Part shown: positions 1-7,520 of the stretch, one piece after another
Layout of the letters: the number at the start of each line of letters is the position of its first letter
Position numbering within the stretch: position 1 is the stretch's first letter
Assembly: GCA_964416685.1 (NCBI GenBank)
Contig: CAYQFN010000001.1
Span: forward strand, 1 to 35,045
Direction: 5' to 3'
From: an uncultured Thermotogae bacterium
GTDB lineage: Bacteria; Bipolaricaulota; Bipolaricaulia; UBA7950; UBA9294
Length of the DNA: 35,045 nt
Notes under the pieces: generated by a model
The model's input: the letters and a program-made list of their open reading frames with translations, nothing else
What the model was told of the DNA's origin: nothing
The model's database searches: none
Made by a program: the position numbers and the translations under genes

Positions 1-462
1 GTGCGCATAAGCGCCAGTCGCTGCTTCATTCCACCGGATAGTTCCACTGGATACAGCTCTTCAAAGCTACTCAACCCAAAGCGCACGAAGAGGCCCTTCG
101 CCTCGCAGATCGCGTCCCGTTGGGATCGACGATCGACTTGGGCGAAGAGGAGCGCATTGGCGAGCGCGTGCGCCACAGGAGGAGGGTGTCGCTCTGTGGC
201 ATGTAAGCCACCTGGCCACCTAGGCTCCCATTCTACCTCCAAAGGCAATCTCACCGGAGTCGAACGGGATCATCCCCGCAAGAATCTTGAGGAGCGTCGT
301 CTTCCCGCATCCGGACGGACCTATGAGCACTGTGAAGCTGCCGTGCGCGATCTTTAGTGAAACACGATTGAGAACGACAAGCCTCCTCGCGCTGGTGGAA
401 AACGATTTGCTGACAGCCACAGCCGCCAATGCGGTTGAAATCAATCTCTCTTGTTCGCTCAT
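1..462 (-). pseudogene. ABC transporter ATP-binding protein, NitT/TauT (SsuB/TauB-like) family; reading frame broken twice; 3' end cut by the window edge
   Basis: Minus ORF 462->220 starts MSEQ and carries Walker A GPSGCGKTT, then ends at TAG 222-220. Hand translation of the other two minus frames continues the same protein. About 220->170 reads GGQVAYMPQSDTLLLWRT. About 175->1 reads LANALLFAQVDRR...GLSSFEELYPVELSGGMKQRLALMR, the YPxxLSGGMxQR signature region. Confidence 0.55.
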
Positions 463-592
463 CTATGGTTCTCCGGGGCTCGTGGTTGAGAAGAAGGTTC
501 TAAGCACTGCATCTTCTTCGCCTTATTCTACTCCCACTCCTGCTCTCGCGCAGGCTATCATTGATCGCTCTTGTGATCTTCGCGTTTCAGTC

Positions 593-621
593 TTGCTTTG
601 CATCCCGTACCTAGCTATACT
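593..621 (+). promoter_or_regulatory. Candidate sigma70-type promoter for the sugar ABC cluster
   Basis: TTGCTT (593-598), a 17-nt spacer, then TATACT (616-621), about 40 nt upstream of the 663 start. Pattern match only. Confidence 0.3.
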
Positions 622-662
622 AAAAAGGTATTACAGTTAAGGACGAGGGATCGGAGGGCGCT

Positions 663-1514
663 TTGGATTCCAGATATATTGTCGATAAGAACTTCCTGCG
701 ACAGCGTACGTATCGGTTTCTCCTCTACATTCTACTGTTTGCCGGTTGCGCGATCATGCTCCTCCCATTCTTCTGGATGGTGACCACGTCTCTGAAGACA
801 AGCTCTGAGGTGATGCAATTCCCACCAAAGTGGATTCCTTCTCATCTACAGTGGATTAATTACATCAAGGCATGGAATGCTGCGCCGTTTGGATACTACT
901 TCTTTAACAGCTTCTTCATCGCTATCATAACGACGATCGGCGACGTAATCACGAGCATCCTTGCCGCGTATGCCTTTGCCAAGATGCGGTTCTTCGGTAA
1001 AAATGTTCTGTTCTCCATCATGCTGGGAACGTTGATGATACCAGGGGAGATGCTCCTCGTTCCCAACTACGTAACGATCACACGCCTGCACTGGTATGAT
1101 CATTACCAGGCGCTGATCATCCCTTGGCTGGCATCGGTCTTCGGAATATTCCTCTTGCGGCAGTTCTTCCGTTCGATCCCCGATGAATTACTCGACGCCG
1201 CGCGTATAGATGGATGTTCCCGGTTCAGGTTCCTGTGGAAGATCGTTGTGCCTCTGTCCAAACCAGCGATCACGACCGTCGCCCTCCTCAAGTTTATCGG
1301 AAGTTGGAACGCCTTCTTGTGGGTCTTGATCATGACAAGCAGTCCTAAGATGCGCACTGTTCCAGTCGGATTAACATACTTCAGTTCGGATATAGGGACT
1401 GTCTATGAGCAGTTGATGGCCGCGGCTGTCCTAGCAATCATCCCTATTCTCATTTTGTTCTTCTTCACACAAAAGCAATTTATTCAAGGAGTAGCGAGGA
1501 CTGGGATTAAGTAG
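663..1514 (+). CDS. Carbohydrate ABC transporter permease (MalG/UgpE-type, CUT1)
   Basis: 283-aa polytopic membrane protein with the EAA loop DELLDAARIDGCSRFRFLWKIVVPLSKP. TTG start at 663 is preceded by GGAGGG (653-658). Confidence 0.85.
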   Translation: MDSRYIVDKNFLRQRTYRFLLYILLFAGCAIMLLPFFWMVTTSLKTSSEVMQFPPKWIPSHLQWINYIKAWNAAPFGYYFFNSFFIAIITTIGDVITSILAAYAFAKMRFFGKNVLFSIMLGTLMIPGEMLLVPNYVTITRLHWYDHYQALIIPWLASVFGIFLLRQFFRSIPDELLDAARIDGCSRFRFLWKIVVPLSKPAITTVALLKFIGSWNAFLWVLIMTSSPKMRTVPVGLTYFSSDIGTVYEQLMAAAVLAIIPILILFFFTQKQFIQGVARTGIK

Positions 1515-1607
1515 TACGGACAAGAAGAACATGTAGGAGGTGATAATTGGCAAGCTTACGAGGAACTAGAAGGCAGTAAATCAGGAAACACTATCTAAGG
1601 AGGCTGC

Positions 1608-2843
1608 ATGATGAAAAGCTGGAAAGTCTTAAGCATTGGGATGATCTTCGTATTTCTGTTTGGGCTGTTTGCGTTTGCAGATGACGCAGTAACAATCACG
1701 TTCTGGCACGCCATGAGTTCCAGGCATCAGCCGAATTTGCAGAAGCTAGCCGATGACTTCATGGCCGAGAACCCAAATATCACAGTTAATCTTGTCTACC
1801 AGGGTAACTACGGAGCTCTGCAGCAGAAGATCAACGCTGCCGTAACTGCGGGGAATCCTCCTACGATGGCGCAGATGTACGAGAACTGGACCACGCCGCT
1901 TGTCGACGTCCTCTATCCGATCGGTCCCCAGATGACAGATGAGGAAAAAGCGGACATCATTGACGGTCTCGTAGGGAGCAACACATACAACGGCGTCCTG
2001 ACAACTGTTCCGTTCAACAAGAGCATTATGGTCCTCTACTATCGCAAGGACCTCGTGCCTACTCCGCCGAAGACGTGGGCTGAGTACCTGCAGATGGCCA
2101 AGGATCTAACGGTGGATAAGGATGGGGACGGTGTGATCGATCAGTTTGGAACGGCATTCCGCCCATCGGCTAACCCAGAGCAGTTCTTCACTTTGCTCAA
2201 GGAAGCCGGCGGGTCCATTCTAAATAAGGATTGGACTGAGGTCACGCTGAATAATGATAAAGGGTTGCAAGCAATGCAGTTTGCGGCGAGCATTGCCCCA
2301 TATTCGCTTATTACCAGCGGCTACCTCAGCGACCCGTTTGCCGCTGGGCAAATATGCATGTTTATCGATACTTCTGCTGGTTACTACTACAACAATAAGG
2401 CAGCCGAGACCGGCGGATTCGAAATGGGGGTTTCCCGCGTTCCAGCGGGGCCAGCGAACCAAAAGTCGATGATCCAAGGGACCAATATTGCGGTGTTCGA
2501 CATGAACCAGACCCAGGCACAGAAGGATGCTGCCGTCAAGTTTGCCATCTTCCTGTTGCGCCCGGAGAACACTGTCTACTGGGCGGAGAAGGGTGGCTAT
2601 CAGCCCGTAACCAAGTCTGCTTATGAGACGAAAGAGTGGGAGGACTTCGTTGCCAGTCATCCCTATCAACAGGCGATGTCTGCGCAGATGCTTGATGGCT
2701 TCTCACAGATTCTCCATCCAAACTATGGGGATATGCGCCAAGTAATCGGTACCGCATTTGAAGAGGTCATGGTGGGAGAGGCAACGCCGCAAGCTGCATT
2801 GGACGACGCTGCTATCCAGATTCAGGATCTGCTAACAGAGTAG
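1608..2843 (+). CDS. Extracellular solute-binding protein, family 1 (sugar ABC binding protein)
   Basis: 411 aa. Signal peptide MMKSWKVLSIGMIFVFLFGLFAFA|DD with no lipobox Cys. The start TITFWHAM...QGNYGALQQKI is typical of CUT1 binding proteins. AAGGAGG lies upstream of the ATG. Confidence 0.85.
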   Translation: MMKSWKVLSIGMIFVFLFGLFAFADDAVTITFWHAMSSRHQPNLQKLADDFMAENPNITVNLVYQGNYGALQQKINAAVTAGNPPTMAQMYENWTTPLVDVLYPIGPQMTDEEKADIIDGLVGSNTYNGVLTTVPFNKSIMVLYYRKDLVPTPPKTWAEYLQMAKDLTVDKDGDGVIDQFGTAFRPSANPEQFFTLLKEAGGSILNKDWTEVTLNNDKGLQAMQFAASIAPYSLITSGYLSDPFAAGQICMFIDTSAGYYYNNKAAETGGFEMGVSRVPAGPANQKSMIQGTNIAVFDMNQTQAQKDAAVKFAIFLLRPENTVYWAEKGGYQPVTKSAYETKEWEDFVASHPYQQAMSAQMLDGFSQILHPNYGDMRQVIGTAFEEVMVGEATPQAALDDAAIQIQDLLTE

Positions 2844-2851
2844 AATCACTA

Positions 2852-2880
2852 GGTCCGGGGCATCCCCCCGGACCTTTTCT
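2852..2880 (+). terminator. Intrinsic terminator/attenuator hairpin immediately after the binding-protein gene
   Basis: GGTCCGGGG (2852-2860) pairs with CCCCGGACC (2866-2874) around a 5-nt loop, followed by TTTTCTT. Confidence 0.55.
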
Positions 2881-2895
2881 TGCATCGAGGGGAAG

Positions 2896-3840
2896 ATGAC
2901 CAACACAGAGCCTAAGAAGAGACGGCGACTAACGATCCCCGCTGAGTGGAGGACTTCGTCGTACTGGAAGGATACGGGGATGGCCTACCTATACATCGTG
3001 CCCGCCTTAGCCATTCTAGGCGCCTTCGTATTCTATCCTTTTTTCTCGGCGTTCAGGCTGAGCCTATTCAAGTGGAATATGATTCGGCCACCAGGGACCT
3101 ACATTGGCCTGGGAAACTATACGTATATCCTCCACGACAAGTACTTCTGGCGCGCGCTGTGGCACACGTTCTACTACGTGGGCATCAATGTGCCGGTGAC
3201 GTTGATCATTGCCCTCTTTGTGGCCACACTCCTCAACAAGAAGCTGAAGTTCCTCACCTTTGCTCGCACTTCGTACTTTCTGGCCTACATCACCCCACTC
3301 GTTGCTGTGTCAATGGTCTGGAAATGGATCTACAACTGGCAGTACGGGCTCCTCAACTATATTCTCAGTCTCTTTGGGGTGCCAATGATTGACTGGCTAA
3401 ACGACACTCGTTTCGCCATTCCTGCAGTAATTATCATGAGTGTCTGGCGTTTTGTTGGTTATGAAGCGCTGATCCTCCTTGCTGGTCTACAGGGAATAGA
3501 TAAAATGTACTACGAGGCAGCAAAGATCGACGGGGCATCCGAGTTTCAAGCATGGCGGAAGATCACTGTTCCCCTGCTGACACCGCAGATTTTCTTTGTG
3601 TTCATCATCTCCCTCATTGGTTCATTCAAGGTATACACTGAGATCTACGTTCTATTTAGCGGAACATCAGGCAGGCTTCGGAGCGCGGAGAGCCTAGTTT
3701 ATTATATCATGAATACCGGTTTCTTTGGTACTCAGCACATGGGGCGAGCCTCTGCTGCATCAGTTATTTTGTTCTTCATAATCTTCGTATTCACCCTATT
3801 CCAAATGCAGATCACGCAGAAGCGGGTTCATTATCAATAA
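2896..3840 (+). CDS. Carbohydrate ABC transporter permease (MalF/UgpA-type, CUT1)
   Basis: 314-aa polytopic protein with the EAA loop YYEAAKIDGASEFQAWRKITVPLLTP. Confidence 0.85.
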   Translation: MTNTEPKKRRRLTIPAEWRTSSYWKDTGMAYLYIVPALAILGAFVFYPFFSAFRLSLFKWNMIRPPGTYIGLGNYTYILHDKYFWRALWHTFYYVGINVPVTLIIALFVATLLNKKLKFLTFARTSYFLAYITPLVAVSMVWKWIYNWQYGLLNYILSLFGVPMIDWLNDTRFAIPAVIIMSVWRFVGYEALILLAGLQGIDKMYYEAAKIDGASEFQAWRKITVPLLTPQIFFVFIISLIGSFKVYTEIYVLFSGTSGRLRSAESLVYYIMNTGFFGTQHMGRASAASVILFFIIFVFTLFQMQITQKRVHYQ

Positions 3841-3902
3841 GAAGATATTTGCATTACCCGCTTGCATCATCATACCATATGCCAAAGCTGTGGGAGGGAA
3901 TT

Positions 3903-4910
3903 ATGAGTAGATTCATCGACAGACTGCTCGATCGCCGCCCGGAACGAGATGATGACTCGCCCAGACCGGCCTGGAAGGTGGCGAGCTGGGTTGGCTGGCT
4001 AGTGATCGGTGTGATTGTTGTCATCTATCTACTAACCGGGATTTACACAGTTGGCCCATCAGAGGAGGGATTGGTCAAGCGTTTTGGTCGTTATGTGTCG
4101 ACCGTTGGTCCCGGTATGCACTATCACTTGCCATCGCCAATTGAGAGCGTGGTTAGGGTGAACGTGCTGGGGGTGCGCAAGGAGGAGATAGGTTTCCGAA
4201 CGGTCTCTCCCGCTCCCAACCCGCGTTACCAAACGGTCGGGATGGAAGCGCTCATGCTCACCGGCGATGGGAATATTGCCCATGTAGAGGTCGTCGTGCA
4301 GTACCGGGTGAAGGATGCGCAACAATTCGCGTTCAACCTGATCGATTCTCGTGCCATTGTTAAGGAAAGCGCTGAGGCTGTTCTGCGGGAGCAGGTGGCG
4401 ACAAAGACGCTCGACGAAACGTTGACTGAACAGCGCGATGTGATAGCTACCAACACAATGACTTCGTTGCAGGCGTTGCTTGATACCTATGGGACGGGAA
4501 TCTTCATCGATAACGTCCAACTCCAAGATGTTAAGCCGCCAGCCGAGGTTGTCTCGGCGTTCGACGATGTCAACAGTGCGCGTCAGGACAAGGATAAACT
4601 GATCAATGAGGCAGACAAGTATTCGCTCGACATTCTTCCGCGCGCCCGTGGCCAGGCTCAGGAGATTGCCAATCAAGCCGAGGCGTACAAGCAAGAGCGG
4701 ATCAAGCGGGCAGAGGGCGATGTCTCCCGGTTTCTGGAGGTTCTCAAGAAGTATGAGCTCGGTCCCGAGGTGACGAGGACTCGTATGTACATCGAGACGA
4801 TGGAAGACATCCTTCCCGGGATGGAGAAGATCATCCTCCCACAGGAGGGAACCGGGGTGTTGAAGCTGCTGGATCTCGATCAGCTTCTAAAGAAGGGGGC
4901 GACGCAATGA
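3903..4910 (+). CDS. hflK: SPFH/band-7 membrane protease modulator HflK
   Basis: N-terminal TM (WLVIGVIVVIYLLTGIY), an SPFH core (GPGMHYHLPSPIESVVRVNV...) and a coiled-coil C-terminus. GGGAGGG (3892-3898) precedes ATG 3903; the longer ORF from 3849 has no such site. The stop overlaps the hflC start (ATGA 4907-4910). Confidence 0.8.
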   Translation: MSRFIDRLLDRRPERDDDSPRPAWKVASWVGWLVIGVIVVIYLLTGIYTVGPSEEGLVKRFGRYVSTVGPGMHYHLPSPIESVVRVNVLGVRKEEIGFRTVSPAPNPRYQTVGMEALMLTGDGNIAHVEVVVQYRVKDAQQFAFNLIDSRAIVKESAEAVLREQVATKTLDETLTEQRDVIATNTMTSLQALLDTYGTGIFIDNVQLQDVKPPAEVVSAFDDVNSARQDKDKLINEADKYSLDILPRARGQAQEIANQAEAYKQERIKRAEGDVSRFLEVLKKYELGPEVTRTRMYIETMEDILPGMEKIILPQEGTGVLKLLDLDQLLKKGATQ

Positions 4911-5776
4911 AAAAGCTCATAGTGTTCGGAGGTGTTGTTGTTCTGCTAGTCATTGCTTATAGCCTCTTCACCTTCACGGTCGATGAGACACAAAATGCGG
5001 CGGTTCTGCGCTTTGGCAAGATTATCAGAGTCGTAGAGGAACCCGGTCTGCACTTCAAGGTGCCGTTCATTAATAACGTGGTCTACCTTGAGGACAGGAT
5101 TCTGAATTACGACATTCAGCCGCGCGATATCTTAACCTCCGACCAGAAGCGGTTAACTGTTGACAACTATGCCATTTGGCGGGTGGGCAAGCCACAGATC
5201 TTCATCGAAGCAAATGGCGGAAACATCGCCAGTGCTCAGGCCCGCATCGACGATATCGTGTATTCCGATCTGCGCGACATCCTCGCCAAACACACGTTGG
5301 ACGAGATAGTCTCTGCCAAGCGGCTGGAATACCTGCATCAGGTGACCGCCCTCAGCAAAGGAAAGCTGCAGGCATTTGGCATCGATCTTATCGACGTGCG
5401 CATCAAGCGCGCTGATCTTCCAAGTGAGATCGAGCAGGCTGTATACGGCCGAATGCGTTCAGAGCGCGAGAGGATTGCGGCACAGCTACGGGCTGAAGGC
5501 GAAGAACAGGCAAAACAGATTACCTCAAACGCCGATAAGGAGAAGGAGATCATCCTCGCCGAGGCAAACAAGGCGGCAGAAACGGTCAAAGGAGAGGGTG
5601 ATGCCCAGGCGCTCGAGATATACGCCGACGCCTACAACCAAGATCCTGAATTCTACCGATTCTGGCGCAGTTTAGAGTCGTACAAGACAGCACTAAAGGA
5701 CAACACGAGCATCGTGCTCACTAACGATTCTGACTATCTGCGTTTCCTAAACACGATGAAAGCTGAACAACCCTAG
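4907..5776 (+). CDS. hflC: SPFH/band-7 membrane protease modulator HflC
   Basis: 289 aa. N-terminal TM, then TVDETQNAAVLRFGKIIRVVEEPGLHFKVPFI and RIKRADLP...RMRSERERIAAQLRAEGEE, typical of HflC. Translationally coupled to hflK. Confidence 0.85.
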   Translation: MKKLIVFGGVVVLLVIAYSLFTFTVDETQNAAVLRFGKIIRVVEEPGLHFKVPFINNVVYLEDRILNYDIQPRDILTSDQKRLTVDNYAIWRVGKPQIFIEANGGNIASAQARIDDIVYSDLRDILAKHTLDEIVSAKRLEYLHQVTALSKGKLQAFGIDLIDVRIKRADLPSEIEQAVYGRMRSERERIAAQLRAEGEEQAKQITSNADKEKEIILAEANKAAETVKGEGDAQALEIYADAYNQDPEFYRFWRSLESYKTALKDNTSIVLTNDSDYLRFLNTMKAEQP

Positions 5777-5908
5777 CCGACAGAGCCTGTTGCGCAAGTC
5801 CTGTTTTCTGCTCGTCTTGAAGCTTGAATCCTGGTTTCAAGCATTTAGCATCTCGCGAGTGCAGTATCTGAAAAAGGATTTATTGCGTCTTCCAGGGGCG
5901 TACAGATC

Positions 5909-5975
5909 GTTGAAAAATCGAGAGATAGGAAGATTGAATGGTCGGGAGATTGGAAAGTTCACTCACTCAACCGAT
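5909..5975. repeat. Copy A of the 8-bp phased ATTG/CAAT dyad repeat family
   Basis: Units GTTGAAAA ATCGAGAG ATAGGAAG ATTGAATG GTCGGGAG ATTGGAAA, then the inverted half TTCACTCACTCAACC. GATAGGAAGATTGA...ATTGGAAAG..CACTCAA aligns with copy B at 18160-18200. Confidence 0.6.
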
Positions 5976-6115
5976 TATTCGGCTCTTTGTCGTTTCGCCT
6001 GCCTGTGCCAGCGCCTGTCTGCATCCGAAGGACAGGCAGAAGGCAGACAGGAGTGGGTAAGCAAAGACAAAGGGTCAAGGCTCTCACAGAGCCAAGTGCT
6101 TTACCACGAAGAACA

Positions 6116-6157
6116 CTTGGGGTGTAGTAACCGGTCCTGTTTACTACCCCCCCGAGG
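6116..6157. repeat. REP/MITE-like ~40-nt palindromic element, copy 1
   Basis: CTTGGGGTGTAGTAA-CCGGTCCTGT-TTACTACCCCCCCGAGG. Its reverse complement aligns almost base for base with the element at 12831-12870. Confidence 0.7.
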
Positions 6158-6204
6158 AGTCAAAGAACAAAGCGCTTGATTCCATTCTCTTAGTTGGATG
6201 AGAT

Positions 6205-6231
6205 ATAGTAACTGATCCTGTTTGGTACCCC
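6205..6231. repeat. REP/MITE-like element, degenerate copy 2
   Basis: ATAGTAACTGATCCTGTTTGGTACCCC versus GTAGTAACCGGTCCTGTTTACTACCCC in copy 1, about 22 of 27 identical by eye. A further half-site CTACTACACCCC lies at about 6504-6515. Confidence 0.5.
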
Positions 6232-6242
6232 TTCTGAGATGA

Positions 6243-6452
6243 TCAGCCTGTAATTTTTGCCAGCATGTCCACGCGGTAGCCGCAGTCCAGGCACAAATCT
6301 TTGTGCTCACCTGGTTGATGATGCTCTAGCTTGAGCCGAATTCCAACCTTCGCGCTCTTCGTGCCCTTCGTGGTGAATTCTCTTGGGCATTCGTCTCTGG
6401 TGATCTCAACGTTAGGTTGCCCACTCAAAATGATACGGAACCAGTGATTCAA
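6243..6452 (-). CDS. Hypothetical small protein (69 aa), possibly a gene remnant
   Basis: ORF with a TTG start and a weak RBS. Contains EHHQPGEHKDLCLDCG (a His/Cys cluster). It is bounded upstream by in-frame TAG TAG inside a REP half-site and followed immediately by REP copy 2. I recognise no family. Confidence 0.2.
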   Translation of the reverse strand: MNHWFRIILSGQPNVEITRDECPREFTTKGTKSAKVGIRLKLEHHQPGEHKDLCLDCGYRVDMLAKITG

Positions 6453-6716
6453 TCCTGCTGTCTCTCTCTGCGTGCTGGCAGGTCTAGCAATAGAATAGCG
6501 GGCCTACTACACCCCTAAGCGTCCCCGCAAAGCTTCTGTGTTGCAGGATAAGGGCTTTGCATAACAGTCTGTGCAGTAACCTCTTATGACTACATTCGAG
6601 CGCTGGCGAAGGGGCTGAAATCTCTTTGTTGTCCTGGGTGTGCGTGAATCACGAAACTTCTCGTCGCTCTCCGTGTAGATTCTAGCGATCCAAACAAGAC
6701 ACAGGGGGCATTTAAG

Positions 6717-7511
6717 ATGAAGCGAGCAATGGTTCTTGGCATGACATTCGGCCTGCTTTTGCTGTTTGGTATTGCAGCGAGCGCAGGAACAGAGGAAGCT
6801 CTGTTTTCTCCAGGCAACTACTATCTGATTTCGATCGGAGCGGTGGCTGGAGAGGTGACATCGCTTGTTCAAACGGGGCAAGCAAAGGGCTTCACGGTAA
6901 TCGTTCTCAATGATGACGAAATCTCCGCCTACCGGGGGACCGAGCAGACACAGGAGGTTGAATCCGATCTCATAGGCACACCATCTTTGCTCTATGTCGA
7001 TGGAGGCCGTTTCTTGTTACGTGTACAGGGGGATGAGTTTGATTACGAAGTGCGCCCGGGGGCGAAGGGGTACGATCTCGTCCTCATTCCTCATGAAGAC
7101 ATGACCGCATCTGATCTTGTCACCAACGTATTAGCCCCTCTACAGGAGATGGGGGTCGTAGGTGATGAGGTCGATATGGAGTACAGTACCTTCATCCTCA
7201 ATCCAGAGAAGTCCGAGGCTCCGCCGGCGGGAGTGGCGATAGATTCCAAGCTTTACAACCTCATGATCGCTCCCGACTGGCTCGCTGCGGCGGCAAGAAT
7301 GAACCTAGCTCGCACCGGTCTTCGGGTGAGCGCCATCGCGGAAAAGGTTCCAGCAGGCGCTGTACCTGAGCAGTTTGCACCGTATGTCGTCAGCGAAACG
7401 GAGACACTCGCCAAGCTCCTGCTGCCGATCGAAGATCTCGTGTCGTTGGCAAGTGATACCGCCATCGGATACGTACGCCCTCCGTACCAGCCACAACCGG
7501 CCATGCCATAA
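6717..7511 (+). CDS. Secreted hypothetical protein with a C-terminal subtilase-prodomain-like segment
   Basis: 264 aa. Signal peptide MKRAMVLGMTFGLLLLFGIAASA. The C-terminus ...LLLPIEDLVSLASDTAIGYVRPPYQPQP parallels ...KVSVPLSQLSTIVNQISGISFIRGPYKPYP just upstream of the catalytic domain of the next gene. The stop lies 9 nt before that gene. Confidence 0.7.
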   Translation: MKRAMVLGMTFGLLLLFGIAASAGTEEALFSPGNYYLISIGAVAGEVTSLVQTGQAKGFTVIVLNDDEISAYRGTEQTQEVESDLIGTPSLLYVDGGRFLLRVQGDEFDYEVRPGAKGYDLVLIPHEDMTASDLVTNVLAPLQEMGVVGDEVDMEYSTFILNPEKSEAPPAGVAIDSKLYNLMIAPDWLAAAARMNLARTGLRVSAIAEKVPAGAVPEQFAPYVVSETETLAKLLLPIEDLVSLASDTAIGYVRPPYQPQPAMP

Positions 7512-7520
7512 GGGGAGACC

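Noticed and set aside
4059-4694. 211-aa ORF antisense to hflK. Similar long antisense or shadow ORFs occur at 17031-17717 (+) and 17302-18144 (+) opposite the double ATPase, 19557-20276 (+) opposite the triple-domain gene, 21951-22463 (-) out of frame within the phnE gene on the same strand, and 33013-33825 (-) opposite the MBL gene.
   Set aside because: The overlapping annotated frame (opposite strand, or the alternative frame on the same strand) carries unmistakable family motifs in each case. The shadow ORFs are Arg/Pro/Gly-rich with no recognisable motifs or RBS, as expected for mid-to-high GC coding DNA.
5822-5842. Hairpin GCTTGAA-TCCTGGT-TTCAAGC downstream of hflC as an intrinsic terminator.
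   Set aside because: The 7-bp stem is AT-rich and has no U-tract (it is followed by ATTTAGCATC), which is too weak to annotate. The ATTG array further downstream may serve that role instead.
5790-6179. 129-aa plus-strand ORF in the gap downstream of hflC.
   Set aside because: It has no RBS and runs straight through the ATTG array, the nested hairpins and a REP copy. Its composition is not protein-like.
6507-6881. 124-aa minus-strand ORF overlapping the start of the 264-aa secreted-protein gene.
   Set aside because: It overlaps a better-supported gene with a signal peptide, is Cys/Arg-rich with no motifs, and begins inside the neighbouring coding sequence.
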